From positions 1 through 60,482 of the forward strand of contig CAYWDJ010000001.1 in assembly GCA_964457005.1 (NCBI GenBank): DNA of 60,482 nt. Direction: 5' to 3'. The position numbers were made by a program, and so were the translations under genes. Under the pieces are notes generated by a model. That model had not been told where the DNA came from. It saw only the letters and a program-made list of their open reading frames with translations, and did no database searches. Positions 18,315 to 27,209 of this stretch are shown in pieces. Within the stretch, counting starts at the first letter, position 1. Each line of letters begins with the position of its first letter. The DNA is from an uncultured Planctomycetia bacterium. Its GTDB lineage: Bacteria; Omnitrophota; Gorgyraeia; Tantalellales; Tantalellaceae.

Positions 18315-18851
18315 TTACTTCTTGTTGATCTTCGAGATCTTTGCCCCTTCGAGTGTCAGGTTGTACATAAGACCTTTCTGGTCGAAAACAAAAGCCAGAA
18401 TGGGCTTATTGGTAGCTGTGGTATCTATGCTTCCACCGGCGCCTATAACAATGACCGCCACGGAAGCATCAACGCCGATCTTCCACCCGGAAGCATTTTG
18501 AAAGTTCTTGAGAGCCTCATCCGTCATGAATGCCAGAATAATTGATTTTGCCTGGACCCCTAACTGGAACCCTATTGACCCGGCGATAGTATTGTAGCAA
18601 TCTACTGCCTTGTCATTCACCAGAAGCACTCCTTCTCCATACTCGGCGCCCAACCCCATACCTATCTTTTTAACACTGGGAAAAACAAGAAGCCCTTTGG
18701 CTTCATCCAATATCTTGCTCGACCCCTTATTCTCTTCAAAGAGTTTCAATGTGGCTCGAGACTTCGTGTCCAGGACTGCCGCTGAATCAGCAAAAGCTAC
18801 TGCCGTGAAAAACAATGATACGATCACACAAAATATAATTTTTTTCTTCAT
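18315..18851 (-). CDS. SYLF (DUF500/Ysc84-like) lipid-binding domain protein, exported
   Basis: Signal peptide, then AKGLLVFPSVKKIGMGLGAEYGEGVLL...GSIGFQLGVQ...GWKIGVDASVAV, the typical SYLF glycine-rich repeats. Confidence 0.7.
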   Translation of the reverse strand: MKKKIIFCVIVSLFFTAVAFADSAAVLDTKSRATLKLFEENKGSSKILDEAKGLLVFPSVKKIGMGLGAEYGEGVLLVNDKAVDCYNTIAGSIGFQLGVQAKSIILAFMTDEALKNFQNASGWKIGVDASVAVIVIGAGGSIDTTATNKPILAFVFDQKGLMYNLTLEGAKISKINKK

Positions 18852-18957
18852 AGAGATCTCCTTTTTCCTACAATCAGTCCCGATAAAAAGCTCTTTATAT
18901 GCATATATTATACCACCTTAAAAATAGAAAGCAAAAACTGAGAAATTTTACATACGA

Positions 18958-20271
18958 TTATTTTCCCATAAAATATCTTAACCAAATATATGCCGTACAG
19001 ATAACCATCGACTGGATCATAAACCCAAACCCGTATTTGGAAAACCTCATAAAGTTAATAGGATAATTGTTTTTTTCGCTTATGCGGGCCATTACGATAT
19101 TGGCGGAAGCTCCGATGAGAGTACCGTTGCCACCAAGACAGGCGCCCAACGCAAGAGACCACCAGAGCGGCTGGGCGATCTCCATATGTATCACCACAGG
19201 ATCGACTATTCCCGATGCCTGTGAAAAGTAAATGATAAATTGCTTTACAAGCGGCACCATCGTGATCACAAAAGGTATGTTATCCAGGAGCGATGAAAAT
19301 ATAGCGGACCCCCACAAGACCACGATACATACAAGAAAAAGATTGTTCCCCGCTAAGTGAATAATATGATACCCTATCCATTCCATGACCCCGTTCGCCT
19401 CTAACGCCCCTATCATTATGAACATGCCTACAAAAAAGAACACTACCCCCCACTCAACGCTCATGAGGGCGTCATCGCTTTCCGAACGGCAAACAAGAAG
19501 CATCAGCATGCTTCCTCCCAGAGCTATTACACCGGCCTCTACATGCAGGATGTTATGCATAAAAAAACCAATAAAGATCAGCGCAAAGATCGAAAGCGAA
19601 CGGATCATCATTTTTTTGTCCACTATAGCCAGGTGGGGAATGGCATGCATCACTCTTGCTTTCATTTCTTCTGAAACATGAAACTTTTTGTGGAAAATAA
19701 AAAATGTGGTTGCCAGAAAAACAAAGAAAACGACAATTATTACGGGCCCTAAATTGGCCAGGAAACTATTAAATGAAAGTCCCGCCTGGGAGCCTATAAC
19801 AATATTCGGGGGATCCCCTATCAGGGTTGCCGTCCCTCCTATGTTCGATACTATCGCCTCCAAAATAACAAAAGGAACCGGCGATATTTCCAGTATTTGA
19901 GTTATCAAGATAGTTACGGGAACAAGCATGATAATGGTCGTAACATTATCCAAAAAAGCCGAAAGGATCGCCGTTGCGATAAGAAGAAGGACCATAATAT
20001 GCCATGGATCTCCTTTAGCGAATTTTGCCATGCTGATCGCTACCCATTCAAAGAATCCGGTTTTAGCGAGTATATGCACGCTCGTCATCATTCCCACGAG
20101 AAGGAACACAACGTTGAAATCTATCGCCAGGACCGCTTGCTCAAAAGAAACCAGCCCCAGAAAAAGCACTAATGAAGCCCCTAGGATAGCACTAATGGTC
20201 TTATTTACCTTTTCTGACGCTATAAAGTAATAAGATATCGCAAAGATCGCTATAGATAACATGGCTTTCAT
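18958..20271 (-). CDS. ArsB/NhaD-superfamily anion/cation permease
   Basis: 437 aa with 10-12 TM segments. N-terminus IAIFAISYYFIASEKVNKTISAILGA and internal GGTATLIGDPPNI/GGNGTLIGASANI duplicated hairpin motifs. Confidence 0.75.
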   Translation of the reverse strand: MKAMLSIAIFAISYYFIASEKVNKTISAILGASLVLFLGLVSFEQAVLAIDFNVVFLLVGMMTSVHILAKTGFFEWVAISMAKFAKGDPWHIMVLLLIATAILSAFLDNVTTIIMLVPVTILITQILEISPVPFVILEAIVSNIGGTATLIGDPPNIVIGSQAGLSFNSFLANLGPVIIVVFFVFLATTFFIFHKKFHVSEEMKARVMHAIPHLAIVDKKMMIRSLSIFALIFIGFFMHNILHVEAGVIALGGSMLMLLVCRSESDDALMSVEWGVVFFFVGMFIMIGALEANGVMEWIGYHIIHLAGNNLFLVCIVVLWGSAIFSSLLDNIPFVITMVPLVKQFIIYFSQASGIVDPVVIHMEIAQPLWWSLALGACLGGNGTLIGASANIVMARISEKNNYPINFMRFSKYGFGFMIQSMVICTAYIWLRYFMGK

Positions 20272-20288
20272 TTCGAACTCGTCCTTTC

Positions 20289-21215
20289 TTAAAAAAACAA
20301 TATTTTATCGATTATGCTGAACCTGTCTATAACTCCTATCAATGTGCCGTCGTCTTCCACTATGAATAATTTTGTTTTTCTCTTTACGGCCATCTCAAAA
20401 ATTATTTCAAGAAGAGTGCTGTCTTTTTTTATTCCACTGCCCCTTTTAAGGCCAAGGTCTTTGACTTTTATCCCCTTTTTAATATTGAAATATTTCTCTA
20501 ACGGGTCTATGTGTTTTATAAAAGAAACAGTCTGCAGCTGCCTGAAAAAATCAGGCATGCCAAACGTGAAAATATCATAGCAGGATATTTCTCCGTAAAA
20601 CCTGTTATTGTCATCGACTACAGGCAATATACTGATCCGTTTAAGATGCATCTTCTCGGTAACTTCTTCAATGGAAGTCTTTAATGTAACAACTTCCTTT
20701 ACCGGTCGGACTATATCGCGGGCAAGGACCTGTTCCGTGGCCTCTATTTCCTTTTCCTGCATAGTGTCGAATATCCTGGTTATCTTTTCTGGATCACTCA
20801 GGACATCCCCCTCCGGTCCCATATCTCCGATGAACCGGATGATAGCGGACATGGACTGAAGTATCATATATGGCTGTTCCGTTGAAGATATCATGAGGAA
20901 CACGAACTTGACGGGCTTGTCGTCCAAAGAGTTAAAATCCACAGTCTCGGTTAATACCCCCATGGCCATACGGAACTCTCCCCATTTTTCTATCCTGGCA
21001 TGGGGAAATGCCAATTCATGCCCTATTCCAGTACTCTGGAGCGACTCCCTCTTTATAACGGAATTATATGTTTCTTCCTTCGACACGGGGATAGCTCCCG
21101 CACCCGCTTCCTGGTATATCTTTTCGACAAGAAGCTTTATAGCCTCCTCTTTTGTCGAAGCCTTCAATTCAGGCACTATGGTATCGGAGTTTAAATACCG
21201 ACTTATATCGATCAT
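20289..21215 (-). CDS. PTS EIIA(Ntr)-type domain fused to a CBS pair
   Basis: N-terminal EIIA-2 pattern with the phosphorylatable His in GIGHELAFPHARIE. The C-terminal two CBS repeats include ILPVVDDNNRFYGEIS and LFIVEDDGTLIGVID. Confidence 0.75.
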   Translation of the reverse strand: MIDISRYLNSDTIVPELKASTKEEAIKLLVEKIYQEAGAGAIPVSKEETYNSVIKRESLQSTGIGHELAFPHARIEKWGEFRMAMGVLTETVDFNSLDDKPVKFVFLMISSTEQPYMILQSMSAIIRFIGDMGPEGDVLSDPEKITRIFDTMQEKEIEATEQVLARDIVRPVKEVVTLKTSIEEVTEKMHLKRISILPVVDDNNRFYGEISCYDIFTFGMPDFFRQLQTVSFIKHIDPLEKYFNIKKGIKVKDLGLKRGSGIKKDSTLLEIIFEMAVKRKTKLFIVEDDGTLIGVIDRFSIIDKILFF

Positions 21216-21325
21216 GCAGATCTCCCCCTTAAACGCACATCTTCATTTACTCGCATTAAATTATCGTCTTACTTTAAGTTATCTATTATAGTCCCTTGTC
21301 ATGATATTTCAAAAAAATCTGCTCT

Positions 21326-22159
21326 TTATTTAACGATTCGCGCGGTTCTTTTAAAACATTCCAATATTTCCTCGGGAGTTTCTGCCCGGACGAGCTCATC
21401 CCTAAAATCTGAGATACGCAAAAGCTTCGCTAAACGGGCTAAGATCTTCAGGTAATACTTTACCGCTTTATCTCCTCCGGGTGAACCTATAAGAAATATC
21501 AGTTTTGCGGGCTGCCCGTCCAAAGACCTAAAACCCACCCCGGAAGAAGACCTCCCAAACGCGACTACCAGCTCCGAGACCGAACCGGTCCTGGCATGCG
21601 GGATAGCCACCCCATCACCTATGCCGGTAGTATTGAGTTCTTCCCGCTCTAAAACTTTTTCCATGAATCCGTCAAAAGCGGATATCTTTTGCGATGTTTT
21701 TAACACTTCACCCAACTCGTAGATGGCCTCCCTGCGATCCTGGGACCTCAGATCGAGCAGAATGTTCTCCTTCCTCAAAAGGTTACATACTTTCGCGTCA
21801 ATTTCCGGATCCTTTTCGATATTCACGGTCTCAAGAGTAAGAGATCTAAGCTGCGAGAAAGGAACCGTGCACACAAATCCTTTATCCTCCAGATTCAATA
21901 GCGCTAAGGACGTATCCTCTTCTATCATCTTCTGGACCTGCAGCACTTGATCTTCACCCCTGACCGCCGTGATCAGTGCCTTGTCATAAGCCGCACGCAA
22001 CGTGCCGGTCTGGGATATAAAATTCTCATTATTGCCTATAAGCCTATTCCCTATATTCTTTTCCTCAATGATCGTTGAATTTAATATGCTTTCTTTACTC
22101 AAAAGTGTTTTAAGCGCCTCCAAATAATTCTTATTATTGTGCATAACTATTACCAGCAT
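21326..22159 (-). CDS. Unknown N-terminal domain fused to a PTS EIIA(Ntr)-type domain
   Basis: C-terminal GIGDGVAIPHARTGSV...KLIFLIG is the EIIA-2 signature. Start trimmed to ATG 22159 (GGGGG SD); the track start at 22177 is a GTG. Confidence 0.7.
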   Translation of the reverse strand: MLVIVMHNNKNYLEALKTLLSKESILNSTIIEEKNIGNRLIGNNENFISQTGTLRAAYDKALITAVRGEDQVLQVQKMIEEDTSLALLNLEDKGFVCTVPFSQLRSLTLETVNIEKDPEIDAKVCNLLRKENILLDLRSQDRREAIYELGEVLKTSQKISAFDGFMEKVLEREELNTTGIGDGVAIPHARTGSVSELVVAFGRSSSGVGFRSLDGQPAKLIFLIGSPGGDKAVKYYLKILARLAKLLRISDFRDELVRAETPEEILECFKRTARIVK

Positions 22160-22209
22160 ATTTACCCCCTTTAACACTATTCGTATGATAGCTCAACTTA
22201 TAGAGTCTT

Positions 22210-23850
22210 TTATATGTTCTCGGCATCAGCCTGTTTTTCCAATAATTGTATATCAAGAAGTTCCTTGGCTTTTGCGTAATTAAGAACACCTACAACTTTT
22301 CTGGAACTTGCATCTTCCACGACCGGCAAACATTCTATATATCTTTCCTCAAATATCTCAAAGGCTTCTTTCACCGGCTGGTCTCTTGAAACAACCCATC
22401 TAGCGGAAGACTCTATGTCCCCGGCCAATAGCATATCTTTAATATCTGCATTAAGAAGAGCATGTTTTATCTCATAGAGGGATATAAACCCCGTCAAGCA
22501 ATTCTGTTTATCTACCACCGGGAAATAATCCGACTCTTCTTCATGCAGTATATCTATTACATCGGCAAGAGAGGCGTGTTCCTGAATTGATATGAACTTA
22601 TGTTCCATAAGATCTGTAACCCGGAAAGAATCAATAAGGTCCTCTTTTGTGATATCTTTATATGCTTCACCTGCCTTTATTATCCCAAAGCGCACAAGCA
22701 TGGGTCCCACAACCTGGGCTACAAAAGTTGTAGTAACCACGATGTTTATTATCATAAGCCCCACATCTCTGCCTTCGGGACCTATCATGGTAAGATTGTG
22801 GTTTATTGACAGGGCCAGTCCCATGGCCACACCTCCCTGCGTAAAAAGACATATCCCGGTATAAAGAGTCACTTTCTTCCTGGCCCTGGCTATGACACCG
22901 CCAAGCATTGCTCCAATTGCCTTGCCAAAACTGCGCCCTATAATGTACACCAAAGCTATCGCTACCATGCCGCTTTTCAGTATCAAAGAAATATCCAGCT
23001 GCGCCCCGACAACAACGAAAAACAGAATATATAGAGAAGCACTCATTTCTTTGATCTTGGCAATCAACTTTTCAGATTTGTCCGGAAGGAGATTAATTAT
23101 CGTGGCTCCTAACGCCATAGATGTCAGTATAAGATCCAGATGCAGCACCATAGAAAGTCCTACAGCGATAGCGACTACACACAGGACAAACGCCATGGCC
23201 AGATCTTTCTCTTTTATGTGAACGACCGTTTTAACCACTACTAATCCGATCAAAATCCCTATCAAAACACAAGAGACTATTTCAAGGACCGGAATGCCGA
23301 TCGAATGTATCAGGGAAAAGTGGCTTTTTGTTATCATCGCTTTTGCGAAAACACTGGCAATCCCGTATATTATAAGAGCCAGGCCGTCATCCAACGCGAC
23401 TATGGATGTTACTGTCGTAGTTAAAGGTCCTTTCGCCTTATACTCCCAAAGAACATTGATGGTTGATGCCGGATCGGTCGCGGAAGCTATGGCTCCAAGC
23501 AATAAACCCAAATAGAGTTTTCCTGTCAACAGTGTAACAATGGCTGCAACAAAAACAAACGCCAGAATACCTTCGCCAAGAAGAATAGAATATATCGAAA
23601 GTCCGTATCGTTTAAAAACATCTTTTTTTAATTCCGCACCAATTATGAATCCTATTATTCCCAGGGTAAAGTTAACAATAAGTGTAAGAGACTGTATCTC
23701 AACATCTCCGAATATATGAAAAATGGATTTCCCGACTATCAAGCCTATGAAAATATAACCTACCACTTGAGGTATTTTAAACCTTTGGCATATTTTACCG
23801 CCAGCTATTCCCAAAAATATTGCAATACCTATCAGTAAAATACTGTTCAT
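22210..23850 (-). CDS. Cation:proton antiporter (CPA2/Kef-like) with a C-terminal CBS pair
   Basis: N-terminus LLIGIAIFLGIAGGKICQRFKIPQVVGYIFIGLIVG, about 12 TM segments, and a C-terminal CBS pair (YFPVVDKQNCLTGFIS, CLPVVEDASSRKVVGVL). Confidence 0.85.
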   Translation of the reverse strand: MNSILLIGIAIFLGIAGGKICQRFKIPQVVGYIFIGLIVGKSIFHIFGDVEIQSLTLIVNFTLGIIGFIIGAELKKDVFKRYGLSIYSILLGEGILAFVFVAAIVTLLTGKLYLGLLLGAIASATDPASTINVLWEYKAKGPLTTTVTSIVALDDGLALIIYGIASVFAKAMITKSHFSLIHSIGIPVLEIVSCVLIGILIGLVVVKTVVHIKEKDLAMAFVLCVVAIAVGLSMVLHLDLILTSMALGATIINLLPDKSEKLIAKIKEMSASLYILFFVVVGAQLDISLILKSGMVAIALVYIIGRSFGKAIGAMLGGVIARARKKVTLYTGICLFTQGGVAMGLALSINHNLTMIGPEGRDVGLMIINIVVTTTFVAQVVGPMLVRFGIIKAGEAYKDITKEDLIDSFRVTDLMEHKFISIQEHASLADVIDILHEEESDYFPVVDKQNCLTGFISLYEIKHALLNADIKDMLLAGDIESSARWVVSRDQPVKEAFEIFEERYIECLPVVEDASSRKVVGVLNYAKAKELLDIQLLEKQADAENI

Positions 23851-23967
23851 ATAAACCCCTTAAACATGTCCCTTCTTGTTTTAAACTAATATGTTTTTAT
23901 CGATGTATCGATTTCTTTTACTGCTGTTGTTATGCCTTTGGGCAGCACCACAATAGAACTCCCTTAT

Positions 23968-24675
23968 TTAAACTGCTTCCCACGGAAAAAGATGTTTTCT
24001 TTCCATTTCTAAAAGCAACTGGATGACCTCATCTCCCGAGGACATATTCATAAACTTATCAATAACACCTTCGACATGCAGAAGCTTGGATATTTTTGCC
24101 ATTAATCTGAGGTGTATCATCATATTCGGCGCACAAGGCATAAAAATAAGATGCACCTTTTTCTTGTCCGGAGAAGAATACTCCACGCCCTTTCCGGCCC
24201 TTGCCATAAGAATATTGGGTTTTTTAAAGAGGGTCAGATCCGGCTGTCTAGGATGCGGAATAGCTATACCATTACCGACAGCCGTACTTAACATCTCTTC
24301 TCTCAGCTTCAATTCTTCTAAAAGCCTTTCCGCGTTATCTATTATTCCGGCCGTAAAAGCAATGTCTACGATCTCGTCAAGAACCCCCTCTTTATCTTTT
24401 GCCTGAAGGTCCAGTTCTATCATGGAAATACTCATAAGACGGGACAGAGGTATCTGGTAATCGGCCGTATTTAAAGCACCATAAATCTCATTTTCAGGGA
24501 CCTTCATAATATCTTTTTGAAGGTATCGGTCAATGGCTTCTAAATTGAAACGCCACTGGCTGCCTATTTTTACACCCGGAAGTTCACCCTTTTGAGCCAT
24601 TTTGAGTATAGTTTTCTCGTTTAACTTCATATACTCGGCTAACTCTTGTGTAGTCAAGATTTGGGTTTTACTCAC
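23968..24675 (-). CDS. Excisionase/MerR-type HTH fused to a PTS EIIA(Ntr)-type domain
   Basis: N-terminal LTTQELAEYMKLNEKTILKMAQKGELPGVKIGSQWRF is the HTH_17 pattern. C-terminal GNGIAIPHPRQPD...VHLIFMP is EIIA-2. GTG start with a GGAGGGG SD. Confidence 0.8.
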   Translation of the reverse strand: MSKTQILTTQELAEYMKLNEKTILKMAQKGELPGVKIGSQWRFNLEAIDRYLQKDIMKVPENEIYGALNTADYQIPLSRLMSISMIELDLQAKDKEGVLDEIVDIAFTAGIIDNAERLLEELKLREEMLSTAVGNGIAIPHPRQPDLTLFKKPNILMARAGKGVEYSSPDKKKVHLIFMPCAPNMMIHLRLMAKISKLLHVEGVIDKFMNMSSGDEVIQLLLEMERKHLFPWEAV

Positions 24676-24729
24676 CTAACCCCTCCTATTGTTTCCCCCG
24701 CATTAACTCATATTAACTTATATTCCTAT

Positions 24730-24758
24730 ATTTTAACGCATTTAAGCGAAATGTCAAC
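24730..24758 (-). promoter_or_regulatory. Candidate sigma70 promoter of the HTH-EIIA/antiporter operon
   Basis: Minus strand reads TTGACA - 17 nt - TAAAAT, about 55 nt upstream of the GTG start at 24675. Confidence 0.55.
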
Positions 24759-24790
24759 TCTTTTACACGTTTTTTGCATAAATAAGCACC

Positions 24791-24859
24791 ATCCGAACCC
24801 GGGGGCACCTACTCTAAAAATAAAAAGCTCCAACCCATTATATTATAACGAATTGGAGC
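24791..24859 (+). repeat. Inverted, degenerate copy of the tRNA-like core + hairpin. The hairpin also serves as the terminator of the rhodanese gene on the minus strand.
   Basis: Plus strand atccgaaCCCGGgggCACCTaCtCt-aaaaataaaaa-GCTCCAA(19 nt)TTGGAGC. On the minus strand the perfect 7-bp hairpin is followed by TTTTTATTTTT, 48 nt after the rhodanese stop. Confidence 0.55.
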
Positions 24860-24907
24860 TTCCGTCACGATCCCATCGCGATATCTATCATTCGATTAAG
24901 TTATAAG

Positions 24908-25342
24908 TTATTTTACCAGCTTATTCCCTTTTTCTTGCCACTCCTGGAGGCCTCCCTTGAAATCAACTATGTTCTTATACCCCAGCTCTCCAAGTTTTTT
25001 AGCAGCCATAACACTTGCCATACAATGGGAACTTCCACAATAGACCACTATACTAGCATTCTTGTTCAATCTTTTTTCAGCATTTTCAACGATAATCTCT
25101 GGTACCGGGAAATTTTCCGCCCCGGGTATATGCCCCCTTGAGTAACTGCCCAACATAAGGACATCCAGAAGCACATATGGCTCCCCGGAATCCCTTAGCT
25201 CCAGGAATTGGGAATAAGAGATCTCCCGGACACCCTCATGCTTGATCTCAGCATTCTCATAAATATTATCATAGACCTCTCCGGCCATTACATTGGTATT
25301 GACCAACATTAGTATTAGACAAATAGATAGTATTTTTTTCAT
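24908..25342 (-). CDS. Exported rhodanese-like sulfurtransferase domain protein
   Basis: Signal peptide. Rhodanese layout with the active-site loop VVYCGSSHCMAS and C-terminal FKGGLQEW. Confidence 0.8.
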   Translation of the reverse strand: MKKILSICLILMLVNTNVMAGEVYDNIYENAEIKHEGVREISYSQFLELRDSGEPYVLLDVLMLGSYSRGHIPGAENFPVPEIIVENAEKRLNKNASIVVYCGSSHCMASVMAAKKLGELGYKNIVDFKGGLQEWQEKGNKLVK

Positions 25343-25402
25343 ATCGTAACCGCCTCCTTTTTAAGACCAGTTAATGGCTCTATTATACCACCTAAAATCA
25401 TG

Positions 25403-27079
25403 TTAAGCTGCGACTTTCACTTCTTTTACCCCTTGCCATCTCATACCACCTATTACTCCTTCCGCGATATTTGTCAGATGGTCACCTATCTTTTCAAGAT
25501 TATCAACAAAATCCATAAAAACTATCCCTGATTGCGTGTCGCACTTGCCATCGCTAAGCCGCCTGACATGTCGTTCTTTAAGATCTTTCTGGAACTGATT
25601 TATCTTCCCCTCCCGCTCAAGGACACTTTCTGCTGTCTTGATATCATTATTCTTAAGGGTTCCCTCCGTTTCGATCATCATCCTGTTGAGCTCGTCCCAC
25701 ATCAAACCTGCATCCTTCATAGCTTCATCGCTAAACAAAAGCTTCTCTTCCATTTTACGCTCAGCAAGTTCTACAATATTCTCCGAATGATCTCCTATTC
25801 TTTCAGCATCATTAACATTATGGATCAACACGGGCAATGCCTCCGACTCTTCCTCTGGGATCTCTCTTTCAGAAAGCTCAACAAGATACTGGGTTATCTC
25901 TGTCTGAAGATTATCCACCACATTTTCCAGGTTTGATACCGGTTTTAGAGCGTTCCTGTCATTCTCGAAAAAACCCTTTGCTGAAGTCGAAACCGATTTA
26001 CAGGCCAAAGACAACATATAAACAGTTTCTTTTCGAGCCTGCTCAATTGCTATTGGAGGAGTGTCCAGTAAGTGTTTTTCCAGATATTGTGTTCCCATCT
26101 CAACTGCGCCTTTTCTCTTCGGAACCAGCCATATACTGGTTTTCTCCAACACGCCAATGAATGGAAGAAAAACCAAAGTATTTATCACATTAAAGGAACT
26201 ATGCGCGACAGCAATATAAAACATAATGTTCCTGGCAGTTATCTCTCCTGGGATAAGAAACGTTATGCTTTTTACAAACCATCCCGTATATACAAAAATC
26301 AGCATATACGCGACTCCTATAACGTTAAACAATGTATGTGCCATTGCCGTTCGCCTTGCGTTCAGATTTGTACCGAGGGCTGCCATCTGAGCAGTAATAG
26401 TGGTCCCTATATTATCTCCAAGTATAATGGGAATAGCTGCCGGGAAACTTATCAAACCGCTAAAGGCCAGAACCTGGACAATAGCGATCGTGGCACTGGA
26501 ACTTTGAAGCAAAACAGTGAATACAATACCAGCAAGAACCCCTAACAAAGGATTATTGCTGAACATTACAAACATATCTTTGACCTGTTCACTGTTTTTT
26601 AGAGGGACAACAGCATCTTTCATAAAAGAGAGCCCTAGAAAAAGAAGGCCAAACCCCAGAATAACCTGCCCCCAGAATCTCGCTTTCCTCGTCCTGCCAA
26701 AGCTCATAAAAGCAACTCCTATCCCTGCAGCCGGAAGGGCATAATGAGTAACCTTAAAAACTGACATGGAAGATACAAGCCATGCCGTAAACGTCGTCCC
26801 TATATTGGCGCCGATTATAACACTTATCGCTTGCTTTAAAACAAGAAGCCCGGCGTTGACAAAGCCTACTACCATAACTGTAGTCGCACTGGAAGATTGT
26901 ATTAAACAAGTTACAACAGCTCCCACTAAAACGCCTACTATCGGAATTTTAGTCGCCAAATGCAAAATGCTCTTGAGGCGCTCTCCCGCTACCTTCTTCA
27001 ATCCTTCTGACATCAGCTGCATGCCGAAAAAGAAAAAACCAAGACCGCCTATTAGCCCGAATATAAGGTCCTTTGTCAT
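25403..27079 (-). CDS. Na/Pi cotransporter family protein with C-terminal PhoU-like repeats
   Basis: LIGGLGFFFFGMQLMSEGLKK, duplicated QSSSAT motifs, and C-terminal paired helical repeats with ERIGDHSENI and EKIGDHLTNI. Confidence 0.85.
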   Translation of the reverse strand: MTKDLIFGLIGGLGFFFFGMQLMSEGLKKVAGERLKSILHLATKIPIVGVLVGAVVTCLIQSSSATTVMVVGFVNAGLLVLKQAISVIIGANIGTTFTAWLVSSMSVFKVTHYALPAAGIGVAFMSFGRTRKARFWGQVILGFGLLFLGLSFMKDAVVPLKNSEQVKDMFVMFSNNPLLGVLAGIVFTVLLQSSSATIAIVQVLAFSGLISFPAAIPIILGDNIGTTITAQMAALGTNLNARRTAMAHTLFNVIGVAYMLIFVYTGWFVKSITFLIPGEITARNIMFYIAVAHSSFNVINTLVFLPFIGVLEKTSIWLVPKRKGAVEMGTQYLEKHLLDTPPIAIEQARKETVYMLSLACKSVSTSAKGFFENDRNALKPVSNLENVVDNLQTEITQYLVELSEREIPEEESEALPVLIHNVNDAERIGDHSENIVELAERKMEEKLLFSDEAMKDAGLMWDELNRMMIETEGTLKNNDIKTAESVLEREGKINQFQKDLKERHVRRLSDGKCDTQSGIVFMDFVDNLEKIGDHLTNIAEGVIGGMRWQGVKEVKVAA

Positions 27080-27131
27080 AATATGTATCCTCCAGATTTT
27101 TGAGACCAGAATAACACTTAAAATACATCTG

Positions 27132-27186
27132 AATTATACATTTTTAATATGAAATGAATATGAAGAGCTTGTGAAGATTTGATGAA
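27132..27186 (-). promoter_or_regulatory. Pho-box-like array (four direct hexamers phased at 11 bp) abutting a TATAAT -10, upstream of the Na/Pi cotransporter
   Basis: Minus strand carries CTTCAT (27186-81), CTTCAC (27175-70), CTTCAT (27164-59) and TTTCAT (27153-48), with starts exactly 11 nt apart. After 10 nt comes TATAAT (27137-32). A GGAGGA SD precedes ATG 27079. Confidence 0.5.
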
Positions 27187-27209
27187 GATAACATCGTCGG
27201 ATCTTTCAG

